Assembly: GCA_964487045.1 (NCBI GenBank)
Contig: CAZAOT010000002.1
Coordinates: 53,305 to 117,304 of the forward strand
DNA: 64,000 bases
DNA from: an uncultured Candidatus Saccharibacteria bacterium
GTDB taxonomy: Bacteria > Patescibacteriota > UBA1384 > DTJR01
Reading direction: 5' to 3'
This document shows positions 17,618 through 27,166 of this stretch, one piece after another (within the stretch, counting starts at the first letter, position 1; each line of letters starts with the position of its first letter). The position numbers and the translations under genes are program-made. Below the pieces are notes generated by a model. The model was not told where the DNA came from, did not search any database, and saw only the letters and a program-made list of their open reading frames with translations.

Positions 17618-20409
17618 CAACACAATCCGAATTACAACTTGAAAATACATTAGTCGAGCAAATGCAGCGGTTGGGGTTTGAGTCGATTACAATCGATGGC
17701 GTTGATGCATTGGTTGCAAATCTCAAAACTCAACTCGAAAAATTTAATCAAATAAAATTTTCCGATGCAGAGTTTGCGCAAATTTTGAATCATTTAAACA
17801 AAGGCGATCGATTCCAGAAAGCAAAGACTCTGCGCGACCGATTTATCGTTCGCCGAGATGATGGTGAGACATCGTTCATTCGATTCTTTAATATGGATCA
17901 GTGGTGCAAAAATGAGTACCAAGTTGCAAGGCAGATCACGCAAATTGGCAAATATGAAAACCGCTATGATGTAACTCTTTTGATCAATGGCTTGCCTTTA
18001 GTGCAGATTGAGCTAAAGCGCCGTGGAATGGAAATGAAAGAAGCGTTTAATCAAATCCAACGCTACCACAAACACTCGTTTACTGGAACATTATTTGAGT
18101 ATGTTCAGATTTTTGTTATCTCAAATGGCGTTAACACTAAATACTTTTCAAATAACCCAAACCAATCGTTCGAACAAACTTTTTTTTGGACCGATGAGAA
18201 GAATGAGAAGATAACTAGACTGGAAGATTTTGCCAAGTTATTTCTAGAAAAGTGTGCGGTATCCAAATTCATTGCCGAGTACATTGTACTCGCCGAATAC
18301 CATAAAATCCCATTGGTTTTGCGACCGTATCAGTACTACGCAGTAAAAGAAATTGAATCGCGAGTTAAGGAATCAAACAAAAACGGTTACATCTGGCATA
18401 CCACCGGCTCGGGGAAGACTTTGACATCATTTAAAGCCAGCCAAGTACTCTCAGGAATTCCAGAGGTAAAGAAAGTTTTGTTCGTAGTTGACCGCAAGGA
18501 TTTAGATATTCAAACGACCAAGGAATTCAATTCATTTTCCGACGGCTCGGTGGACGGAACCGATAACACTCGGCATTTAGTTAGCCAGCTAGAGGATAAA
18601 AACCGCAAGCTAATCGTTACAACGGTTCAGAAACTTGATATTGCCATTGGCCGAGAAAGTTATTTGAAAAAGCTGGAATATTTGAAAGATGAAAAAGTAG
18701 TTATCATTTTTGACGAATGTCACAGAGGTCAGTTCGGTCAGACGCATGCGAGAATTAAATCATTTTTTAAGCGCGCGCAACTTTTTGGTTTTACTGGCAC
18801 GCCGATTTTTGCTGAAAATAATGTTGGCGGAGTAACAACGGCCGATGTTTTCGATGAATGCTTGCATCGCTACATCATTACCAATGCGATTTCTGATAAT
18901 AATGTTCTGGGGTTTGCGGTTGAGTATGTAGGCAAATACAAACAAAAGGATAGCGATGTGGTTGATAAAGATATTTTTGCAGATAGTATGGTGGAGGGAA
19001 TAAATACTCGGGAAGTTTTGGAAAGTGATGCGCGGGTTGAAAAGATTGCGGAATATGTGTTGCAAGACTGGAAGCGAAAGACCAAAAATGGAAAGTTCAA
19101 TGCATTCTTTGCAGTTTCGAGTATTGAGATATTAAAGAAATACTACAAGATTTTATCTGCCAAGAAGCCAGATGATTTTAAGATTGCTACAATTTTTACA
19201 TATCAGGCCAACGAAGATGAAGTCATTGATTTGGACGTTGACGCATTTCCAGAGGAGGGCGAACCGGTCAATCAGCATTCGCGCGATTTCTTGGAGAGCT
19301 GTATTAAAGATTACAATGCATTATATTCGACTAACTTTTCAACTGACCGATTTTATGACTATTACCGAGATTTGCAGCAAAGAATTAAAAAGCGAGAAGT
19401 TGATTTAGTTTTGGTCGTAAATATCTTTTTGACTGGTTTTTATAGCCCTCGCTTAAATACTCTATATGTCGATAAAAACTTACGCTATCACGGGCTGATT
19501 CAGGCATATTCGCGAACAAATCGTTTGCTTGATTCCGATAAGCCGCATGGCAATATTGTTTCGTTTAGGAATTTGAAAGAAGCGACAGATAAGGCGCTGG
19601 CACTTTATGGCGACGAGAATGCAAAAGAAATTGTTTTCAAAAAGCCGTACAAGCAACAGAAAAAGGAATTTGAAGTAAAGCTTGTTGGACTCCGGGAGAA
19701 GGTGCCGACCGTTGAGTCGGTTGATGGACTAAAAAGCGAGGATGAGTTAGCTGAATTCGTTAAATCGTTTCGTGATCTACTTAGAGTTAAATCGTCGCTG
19801 GAGACATTTGCCGAATTTTCATTTGCTGATTTAGGTATTTCTGAACAAGAATTTTATGATTATCAAAGTAAATATTTGGATATATATGACGAAAGAAAAG
19901 AACATGGGCAAGGGCCTGAATTGATTCTTGATCAAATTGATTTTGAGTTAGAACTGACAATTAGAGATGTGATCAATTATGACTATATAATTATGCTGAT
20001 TGCTGGACTAAAGAATATAACTTCGGATCGATTGAGAGAAAAGAAGGCTGAGGATATTTTGCGAATGTTTGATCGAGATGTAAAGCTCAGAAAAAAGAAG
20101 GATCTAATAAAGAAATTCATTGAAGAAAATTTGCCAAAGATCGACAAGGCAGAGAGCGTTGAGAAAGCGTTTGGTGAATTTTGGGCAAACGAAAGATCGA
20201 AGGTTTTGCGAGATTTGGCAAGCGAAGAAAATATTCCGGTTGAAAATATCGAGGAGTTGGTAGGTGAATACTTATATACACAAAAATTACCGAAAGATCA
20301 GGAAGTTGCCGACATTCTGCCAGCAGGAACTAAGTTCTTAAAGCAGCAAGGCCTGATTGATCGAATTAAAGGTGTGATTGAGAAAATTGTAGATGTGTTT
20401 GAGTGGTAA
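17614..20409 (+). CDS. hsdR: Type I restriction enzyme R subunit (SF2 helicase/endonuclease)
   Basis: Walker A HTTGSGKTLT, DEAD-box-like FDECHRGQ, and 931 aa typical of HsdR. Confidence 0.9.
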   Translation: MTTQSELQLENTLVEQMQRLGFESITIDGVDALVANLKTQLEKFNQIKFSDAEFAQILNHLNKGDRFQKAKTLRDRFIVRRDDGETSFIRFFNMDQWCKNEYQVARQITQIGKYENRYDVTLLINGLPLVQIELKRRGMEMKEAFNQIQRYHKHSFTGTLFEYVQIFVISNGVNTKYFSNNPNQSFEQTFFWTDEKNEKITRLEDFAKLFLEKCAVSKFIAEYIVLAEYHKIPLVLRPYQYYAVKEIESRVKESNKNGYIWHTTGSGKTLTSFKASQVLSGIPEVKKVLFVVDRKDLDIQTTKEFNSFSDGSVDGTDNTRHLVSQLEDKNRKLIVTTVQKLDIAIGRESYLKKLEYLKDEKVVIIFDECHRGQFGQTHARIKSFFKRAQLFGFTGTPIFAENNVGGVTTADVFDECLHRYIITNAISDNNVLGFAVEYVGKYKQKDSDVVDKDIFADSMVEGINTREVLESDARVEKIAEYVLQDWKRKTKNGKFNAFFAVSSIEILKKYYKILSAKKPDDFKIATIFTYQANEDEVIDLDVDAFPEEGEPVNQHSRDFLESCIKDYNALYSTNFSTDRFYDYYRDLQQRIKKREVDLVLVVNIFLTGFYSPRLNTLYVDKNLRYHGLIQAYSRTNRLLDSDKPHGNIVSFRNLKEATDKALALYGDENAKEIVFKKPYKQQKKEFEVKLVGLREKVPTVESVDGLKSEDELAEFVKSFRDLLRVKSSLETFAEFSFADLGISEQEFYDYQSKYLDIYDERKEHGQGPELILDQIDFELELTIRDVINYDYIIMLIAGLKNITSDRLREKKAEDILRMFDRDVKLRKKKDLIKKFIEENLPKIDKAESVEKAFGEFWANERSKVLRDLASEENIPVENIEELVGEYLYTQKLPKDQEVADILPAGTKFLKQQGLIDRIKGVIEKIVDVFEW

Positions 20410-20486
20410 GAGCTCGTCGCTTGCGACACCGATATCGAAAGTCGATCCTTATAAAAGCTTAGGACAAGTTTTTTACATGAGATAAG

Positions 20487-20712
20487 GCGAAAAGTGCGAG
20501 CACTTGAGCCTATAAAAAATATCACGCTCTCCGAAGTTGAAAGCTGGAACTGATTATCTTGGCAAACTTGCCCAAGAATGAATTCCAGAAGGTTCAACAA
20601 GGAGAGCTTCATCAAGGGCGTTGCGAGGGTCAGGAAATCGTTAAAAACCTAGGGAACACACCGAAAGTGTGCCCTGGGTTGTTAATATTAGCCGCGAGCT
20701 TTAGCTCGCCAA
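20487..20712. repeat. Copy B of the ~228-bp conserved element
   Basis: Aligns with 617-844. Helix partners changed in a correlated way (GCTCTCC 20526-20532 / GGAGAGC 20601-20607). Lies between convergent hsdR and the glycosyltransferase gene. Confidence 0.6.
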
Positions 20713-20739
20713 AAAATAATTTATATTATCTGCGAATTA

Positions 20740-21915
20740 TTATTCGCCCGAAACAGCTTTCTCAATAACCCCCAAAGTCCTCTTTGCCGCATCCTCCCAA
20801 TCAAACAGCTCTAATCTCTTTTTTCCATTTGTGATAAGTTCACCTCTAACCTTTTCATCCGTCAAAGCAGTGTAGAGCATTTCAGCAAGCTCCTTCTCAT
20901 CTTCTGTCTTATGAAGCAGGGCGGCTTTGCCTGTAATTTCCGGAATCGAAGTACAATCTGACGCGACTATCGGAATCTCGCAAGCCATTGCTTCTACAAG
21001 TGGCATACCAAATCCTTCGAATTTGGAAGGGAAGGCAAAGACTTTGGCAAAGCGCAGATAGTCAGCCATAATTTCATCCGGAATATATCCCGGCTCAATT
21101 ATGTCTTTTCGAATATTTTCATCAAGCTTATTTTTTTCACCTTCTATTTCTTCATATAAATACCCAGGTCGTCCGGCCAGCACTAGCTTTGTAGATAAAT
21201 CAGGGTGTTCACTTCGTAAAATTCCAAATGCTTTAATCAAGGTCTTAATATTTTTCTTAGCCTCGAGTCTGCCAATGAAATAGATATATTCACCAAGCTT
21301 CTTAATTGGTTCTGGAGCTTCACCTTTTTTCGCAGTGAACTTTTCCTTATCAAAACCATGATAGATAACGGTAATTTTTTTGGGATCAGCATTGTAGAAT
21401 TTGATAAGATCCTTCTTGGTTGCCTCAGAAATAGCGATAATCTCAGTCGCGTGCTTCACGGCGAAGCTCATTGACCAGTTATGGTAGAACCGTTCGAGTG
21501 GAGTATAGAGTTCGGGAAAATATCTAAATCCAACATCATGAAGAGTTGTGACAATTTTTTTAGGATGAAAAATCGGTATCGTGTGAGCAGGTTCAAATAG
21601 AACGTCGGGTTTATTTTGAATTAGCTCCCATGAAAGTCTGATCTGGCTCCATAGTTTTGGAAAAGGCATCACTTTATTTTCGGCATTATCTGATTTCGAT
21701 AAATAGCTAAGAGGAGTCTTGGAATAAAGTCTAAACAGTAGATCCTTCGACTTCCGGCCTCGCTCAATATCTCGGTCGGAACGCTCAGGATGACGCGACT
21801 GCGTCATTTTTACTAGATTTTTAATAATCTCTTGCGAGTAATATTCCGTCCCAGTTTTTTGCGCCACATTTGATCTTGATGCGTCGATACCTATAACAAA
21901 TTTTTTATTTTCCAT
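20740..21915 (-). CDS. GT-B glycosyltransferase, family 4-like
   Basis: C-terminal EGFGMPLVEAMACEIPIVASD (E-X7-E region) of retaining GT4 enzymes. Confidence 0.8.
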   Translation of the reverse strand: MENKKFVIGIDASRSNVAQKTGTEYYSQEIIKNLVKMTQSRHPERSDRDIERGRKSKDLLFRLYSKTPLSYLSKSDNAENKVMPFPKLWSQIRLSWELIQNKPDVLFEPAHTIPIFHPKKIVTTLHDVGFRYFPELYTPLERFYHNWSMSFAVKHATEIIAISEATKKDLIKFYNADPKKITVIYHGFDKEKFTAKKGEAPEPIKKLGEYIYFIGRLEAKKNIKTLIKAFGILRSEHPDLSTKLVLAGRPGYLYEEIEGEKNKLDENIRKDIIEPGYIPDEIMADYLRFAKVFAFPSKFEGFGMPLVEAMACEIPIVASDCTSIPEITGKAALLHKTEDEKELAEMLYTALTDEKVRGELITNGKKRLELFDWEDAAKRTLGVIEKAVSGE

Positions 21916-22029
21916 TTTTTATTTTTTATTGATTGACTTATTGGGATATTGATTATTGCTTACAGATATATTTTATACTTTAATTTCTCTATTCTCTATT
22001 CGCTATTCTCTATTCTTAGCGCTACTGCA

Positions 22030-23037
22030 CTATTTGCCCCTCCATGTAAATGATTCTAAGAAATCTTCAAAATTATCAACCGCAAGACCAATTCCTTTGA
22101 TCGCGACAAGATCTGGCTCATCTACAAGTTGGCAGGGGACTCCGGTCACCTTTGTCATTAATTCATCAAAATCATTTAGTTGCGAAGATCCTCCGCAAAT
22201 TACTATTCCTTTATCCATGACATCGCTTGATAATTCTGGCGGGGTTTTCTGAAGTACCTGCTTAACAGCAAGAATAATTTCATTCAAGACGGGTTTGAGC
22301 GCTGCAGAAATCTCATTGGTGTGAACCATAATCGATTCCGGTAATCCCGAAATCGTATTTGAGCCTGAAATTTCCATTTTGGCATCTTTTTTTTGGGCGA
22401 TTGCTGAACCAATTTTTTCTTTTAGTAGTTCAGCGCTTTGAGAGCCGATAATCAAATTTCTCTTCTTTCTTATAAAATCGATAATCGCTTGATCCATCTT
22501 GTTGCCGCCATAGCGAACAGATGAAAACGAAACGATATCGGATAGTGAGATGACGGCAACCTCCGTCTTTCCTCCGCCTACATCAATTATCATATTTCCA
22601 CTTGAACTCGATATATCGATTCCGGCACCGATCGCAGCCGCGAGAGGGGATTTGATCAAGTAAACTCTCTTCGCTCCAGCACTTTCGACCGCATCGAGAA
22701 CGGCTTTCTTCTCAGTAGAGGTCGCGCCAACTGGGCAATTGATAATGATGTCTGGCTTCACCAATCGCATTCGTCCGAGTATCCTCGAGAGGTAAATCTC
22801 AATCATTTGCTTAGTCGTTTTATAGCTTGCAATAACTCCGTCAGTCAGGGGACTTGAGGCGATAATTGCTTCTGGAGTTCGGCCAAGCATCGTTTTAGCC
22901 TCATTCCCAACTGCAACTGCTTTGTTTTTGACCACATTAACAGCTACAACATTAGGTTCGTCAATCATTATTCCCTTGCCAGGAATATAGAACCTAATAT
23001 TGCTTGTACCTAAATCTATGCCAATTCGTTTTATCAT
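22030..23037 (-). CDS. mreB: Rod-shape-determining actin homolog MreB
   Basis: IGIDLGTSNIRFY phosphate-1 motif, adenosine-motif region and C-terminal CGGSSQL...VDEPDLVAIKG. Confidence 0.8.
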   Translation of the reverse strand: MIKRIGIDLGTSNIRFYIPGKGIMIDEPNVVAVNVVKNKAVAVGNEAKTMLGRTPEAIIASSPLTDGVIASYKTTKQMIEIYLSRILGRMRLVKPDIIINCPVGATSTEKKAVLDAVESAGAKRVYLIKSPLAAAIGAGIDISSSSGNMIIDVGGGKTEVAVISLSDIVSFSSVRYGGNKMDQAIIDFIRKKRNLIIGSQSAELLKEKIGSAIAQKKDAKMEISGSNTISGLPESIMVHTNEISAALKPVLNEIILAVKQVLQKTPPELSSDVMDKGIVICGGSSQLNDFDELMTKVTGVPCQLVDEPDLVAIKGIGLAVDNFEDFLESFTWRGK

Positions 23038-24281
23038 TTTCTTACAATTTCAGCGCCAAGAAGGCTTAATTTTTCTACAAGATCCTCATAACCTCGATCT
23101 ATAATCTCACTGTTATTAATAATCGATTTGCCCTGCGCCATTAGCGAAGCTAATACTAAGGTAATACCACTTCGCAAGTCAAGCGAAACTATTCTTGCAC
23201 CACTTAGTTTTACTGGCCCTGCAATGCTAGCAGTATTTCCGGTAACTTTCGCTTTTAGGCCCATCTTCTCTAGCTCATTGATGTAGGCGAGACGATTTTC
23301 AAACATCGTCTCCTTAATAATAGATTCACCATCGGCGAGGGCTGCGATTAAACTCATCGGCGACTGCATATCGGTTGGAAACCCGGGGTATGGAGCAGTC
23401 TCTATCTTAAATGGCTTATAGGTGCCATTTGATTCTACCTTTACTTCATTTTCGCTAAAAGTAAATTTTGCTCCACACTGCTTGAGAAGCTGAAGCGGCT
23501 CTTTCATCGCAAAAGCCGGGAAGTTCTTGATTGTTCCTTCTCCTCCAGTAACTAAAAAGCCAACTAGATAGGAAAATGCCTCAATTCGGTCGGGCATTAT
23601 TTCAATTTCATCAAGTGATAATTCGGATGAGCCAGTAATGACAATCGTTCGGTCACCAGCAAGATCAATTTCAGCCCCAGCTTTTTTAAGCACTTCGCAC
23701 AGAGCCATTATCTCTGGCTCGATCGCACAATTTTCGATCGTAAAGGTCTCTTCAAAGTTAGCAGTGAAAAGCAAAATGTTTTCCGTCGCTGTTACACTTG
23801 GCTCAAATAACCTGATTTTATTTGAAGTAAATTCTTCATGAGTTATCTCATATCTTTCGCCTTCGCATTTGACTTTTGCCCCAAGCGCCTTGAATGCTTC
23901 GAGGTGGGAGTCAATTGGTCTTTGGCCTATAGCGCATCCACCAGGGAAGGGGACGATGACTTTTTTGTATCTTGCAAGGATCGGTCCAAGATAGACTATA
24001 GAAGCTCGCAGCTTGGTTGCTAGACCGTTTTTAAGCTGGTTCTTAGTAGCACTTGTGCCATCAAGAGTTAGAATATTATCTTTAAAATTATATTTTCCGC
24101 CCAAATCTTCAAAAATCTCGAGTTGTTTACGAATATCAGCAATGTCCGGAACATTGCGTACGACAAACTTTTTCTGAATGAGTATCGCAAGCGGAATTAT
24201 CTTGAGCGCTTCGTTTTTAGCACCACTAACCGAAATAGTACCATTTAGTTTTTTACCGCCAATTACTTCAAATCTTCCCAT
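23034..24281 (-). CDS. murA: UDP-N-acetylglucosamine 1-carboxyvinyltransferase
   Basis: FEVIGGKKLNGTISVSGAKNEALKII N-terminus; catalytic loop PGGCAIGQRPID with the active-site Cys. Confidence 0.9.
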   Translation of the reverse strand: MGRFEVIGGKKLNGTISVSGAKNEALKIIPLAILIQKKFVVRNVPDIADIRKQLEIFEDLGGKYNFKDNILTLDGTSATKNQLKNGLATKLRASIVYLGPILARYKKVIVPFPGGCAIGQRPIDSHLEAFKALGAKVKCEGERYEITHEEFTSNKIRLFEPSVTATENILLFTANFEETFTIENCAIEPEIMALCEVLKKAGAEIDLAGDRTIVITGSSELSLDEIEIMPDRIEAFSYLVGFLVTGGEGTIKNFPAFAMKEPLQLLKQCGAKFTFSENEVKVESNGTYKPFKIETAPYPGFPTDMQSPMSLIAALADGESIIKETMFENRLAYINELEKMGLKAKVTGNTASIAGPVKLSGARIVSLDLRSGITLVLASLMAQGKSIINNSEIIDRGYEDLVEKLSLLGAEIVRK

Positions 24282-24327
24282 ATAGACTCCATTCTAGTAT
24301 AATAAACTTCAATATAGAAGAATTATT

Positions 24328-24984
24328 ATGAAATCAAATTATTATCTTATAGCAATTATAGCCTTTTTTGTAAGCGCTTTTTTTATAATTACTTATGCTT
24401 CAGGATATAAGGTTGATATAACCAACCGAAATATTTCCCAAACATCAATGATTGTAATCGATGCTGACCAAGAATCAACCGTTTTGCTTGATTCGATCAT
24501 TATCGGGAAAGGTAAGCAGACGATCAGAAACCTCGTACCTAAAAGTTATTCATTAACCGTAGAGCGTGAAGGTTACCATACTTGGACCAAAAATCTAGAG
24601 CTAGAACCAGGAGAAGCTGAAATAATCAACTACGCGATATTATTTAAAAACTCTCCTGAGATAGAGGAGTATAAAGTAGACCAGAGCGACTTTTTCACTA
24701 AACTAGCTGATAAAGACGGTATCAGGGTTACGAACAACGAAATTTATCAAAATGATAACTTTGTCACCAGGTTTTCAAACGATGTCAAGGGAGTGGTTTG
24801 GTACTCCGACAGAAGGTATATTGCCTACACATATGACAAAAAGTTAAAAATTACAGAGATTGACGGTGAAAATGAGACCACTCTTCTTGATAAAGATTCA
24901 GATTCACCAGCAATTTTTCTAAACTCGGGCAAATATGTAATTTATGAAAATAACTCTAAAATATATCGCGCTAAACTAAGATGA
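24328..24984 (+). CDS. Membrane-anchored protein with PEGA-like beta domain
   Basis: N-terminal TM helix; IIIGKGKQTIRNLVPKSYSLTVEREGYHTWTKNLELEPGEA resembles a PEGA domain. Confidence 0.45.
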   Translation: MKSNYYLIAIIAFFVSAFFIITYASGYKVDITNRNISQTSMIVIDADQESTVLLDSIIIGKGKQTIRNLVPKSYSLTVEREGYHTWTKNLELEPGEAEIINYAILFKNSPEIEEYKVDQSDFFTKLADKDGIRVTNNEIYQNDNFVTRFSNDVKGVVWYSDRRYIAYTYDKKLKITEIDGENETTLLDKDSDSPAIFLNSGKYVIYENNSKIYRAKLR

Positions 24985-25715
24985 AAAAACTAGATATTCT
25001 TGGTGTAGAGATAGACGAGATAAGTAAGTCAGACTTAATCAGCTCTATTCGAAGCCATCTTCAGAAAAAAGAAAAATGTTTGATCTTTACGGTCAACAAC
25101 GAGTTTATTGTAGAAGCTCAGTCAAATGATCATTTTAGGCAAACCCTAAATAAGTCTACTTTCTCAATTGCAGATTCCTCTGGAGTAGTTTGGGCAGCAA
25201 AGAGACTTTATGGAAAGAATATTGAGCGTATCCCTGGGGCAGATCTCTTTATCGATTTAGTAGAAATTTCAAAAGAAGGCTATGGGATATTTCTTCTTGG
25301 CGGCCAAAAAGATGTGGGCAAGAAGGCTAAGGAAGAACTAGAGAAGAATTTTCCTGGAGTAAATATCGTTGGATATCTTGATGGAATTGAAATATCTGAA
25401 AACCAAGATGATGAATTAATCGCTAAAATTAACGATGCCAAGCCTGATATCGTTTGCGTCGCACTAGGAGCGCCAAAGCAAGAAATTTGGATTGAAAATA
25501 ATTATAAGAAGCTAAGCGCTAACGTATTTATTGGAATAGGTGGAACTCTTGATTATACTTCTGGCAAAATCAAAAGGGCACCAGCCATTTTCCGAAAACT
25601 ATCGCTAGAATGGCTTTATAGATTGATGCGCCAACCAAGCAGATATCCTAGGATAAAAAAGGCCTTGATAGACTTTCCTGCCTTGGTCAGAAATAAGGGA
25701 AAAGCACTTGACTAA
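24981..25715 (+). CDS. WecB/TagA/CpsF-family (GT26) glycosyltransferase
   Basis: Family-typical LDILGVEIDEISKSDLI start; 244 aa; overlaps the upstream gene by 4 nt. Confidence 0.75.
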   Translation: MKKLDILGVEIDEISKSDLISSIRSHLQKKEKCLIFTVNNEFIVEAQSNDHFRQTLNKSTFSIADSSGVVWAAKRLYGKNIERIPGADLFIDLVEISKEGYGIFLLGGQKDVGKKAKEELEKNFPGVNIVGYLDGIEISENQDDELIAKINDAKPDIVCVALGAPKQEIWIENNYKKLSANVFIGIGGTLDYTSGKIKRAPAIFRKLSLEWLYRLMRQPSRYPRIKKALIDFPALVRNKGKALD

Positions 25716-25940
25716 AGTGACAATTTAGGATTTAATTATATTAAAGCGGCTATAGCCGCTTATATTTATACCCAAATTACAAATTATAAATTAATTGTCC
25801 CAGTCACTTTTCACCCTCTCGCAATAAACAAAGCTAAGAAATTTGCGAACCTGCCTACCGGCAGGCAGGTAGGGATCAAAGTGACGGGACTTCCGGAATT
25901 GCTTCCTGCCTTGGAGCGCAATTCACGGAGCGGAGGCAAA

Positions 25941-27116
25941 ATGCAAATAGCAGAGTTTCTATCAGCAATCAAAATGTTATCAGACGAAAAGGGTCTGCCC
26001 GAAGCAGTAGTTCTTGAAGCTGTCGAATCAGCTCTCGCCGCTGCATATCGAAAAGACTTTGGTAAACCTGGTCAAATTATTAAAATTGTCCTTAATCCTC
26101 AGACAAACACGATGAAAGTTTGGCAAGTTTACAATATTCTTGCCAAGGACGAAGAAAAAACAAATCCAGAAGCTCAATTCACTCTTGACGAAGCCAAGAA
26201 ATTCAATAAAAAAGCCGAAGAGGGTGGAGAGATCGAGATTCCGCTCGAGGTTAAATATGACTTTGGACGAGTTGCTGCTCAGACCGCCAAGCAAGTTATT
26301 ATCCAGAAGCTAAGAGAAGCAGAAAGAGAAGTTCTCTACGAAGAATTCAAGAGCAAAGAAAAGAAAATTGTTAATGGTACCGTACAGAGAGTCGAAGGTC
26401 AAAATGTAATTGTCGACCTAGGCAAAATCAACGGAATCATGCTTACTTCAGATCAAATTCCTGGTGAAAGATATTACACCGGTCAGAAGATAAAAGTTTA
26501 CGTTAAAGAAGTCGAAGAGACCGTCAAGGGACCAAGAATTCTCGTTTCACGAGCCGATGCCGATTTTGTAAAGGGATTATTCCTACAAGAAGTTCCTGAA
26601 ATCGAACAAGGTTCTATCGAAATTGTTGAAATCTCGAGAGAAGCTGGATCACGAACTAAGGTTGCAGTCCGATCCAACGACGAGAACCTTGATCCAGTTG
26701 GGTCCGTAGTCGGACAGCGTGGCACAAGAGTCCAGTCAGTTCTAAGTGAACTAGCCGGAGAGAAGATTGATATCATCTTGTTTGATGATGACTTAGAAAC
26801 ATTGATTAAAAATGCTATGTCACCAGCCACAATCGACAAGATTAAATTCGACAAGAAAAACAAAATTGCTAAAATCTGGGTGCCAGAAGATCAGCTATCA
26901 TTGGCAATCGGAAAGAGCGGACAGAATGTCCGACTAGCCAGTAAATTAGTTGGCTGGGAGCTAGATATTGTCAAAGATTCTGAAAAACCAAAGGAAAAGA
27001 ATAGAGAAGAGGGAATAGAGAATAGCGAGTCCAACTCCGCTGACGCTTCGCTGGACAAGGAAGAAAAAGAAACTATCGAAGAAGTAACCGAAGAAAAAAC
27101 CGAAGAAGAAAAATAG
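25941..27116 (+). CDS. nusA: Transcription termination/antitermination factor NusA
   Basis: N-terminal domain (LSDEKGLPEAVVLEAVESALAAAYRK), S1 and two KH regions, acidic C-terminal tail. GGAGG RBS before the ATG at 25941. Confidence 0.85.
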   Translation: MQIAEFLSAIKMLSDEKGLPEAVVLEAVESALAAAYRKDFGKPGQIIKIVLNPQTNTMKVWQVYNILAKDEEKTNPEAQFTLDEAKKFNKKAEEGGEIEIPLEVKYDFGRVAAQTAKQVIIQKLREAEREVLYEEFKSKEKKIVNGTVQRVEGQNVIVDLGKINGIMLTSDQIPGERYYTGQKIKVYVKEVEETVKGPRILVSRADADFVKGLFLQEVPEIEQGSIEIVEISREAGSRTKVAVRSNDENLDPVGSVVGQRGTRVQSVLSELAGEKIDIILFDDDLETLIKNAMSPATIDKIKFDKKNKIAKIWVPEDQLSLAIGKSGQNVRLASKLVGWELDIVKDSEKPKEKNREEGIENSESNSADASLDKEEKETIEEVTEEKTEEEK

Positions 27117-27166
27117 AACAAACTAGCATGGGGGAGGAAAGAACATAAGCAAGAGGTGGATGACAT

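Noticed and set aside
25790-25940. Possible alternative-hairpin switch (CTGCC-TACC-GGCAG versus CCTACC...GGTAGG) in the nusA leader
   Set aside because: Short stems, no conservation evidence. The track's 25881 start would make this coding. Too speculative to list as a feature.
26028-27166. Minus-strand ORFs inside nusA and the nusA-clpC junction
   Set aside because: Ser/Leu-rich antisense frames of a highly expressed conserved gene; no start context.
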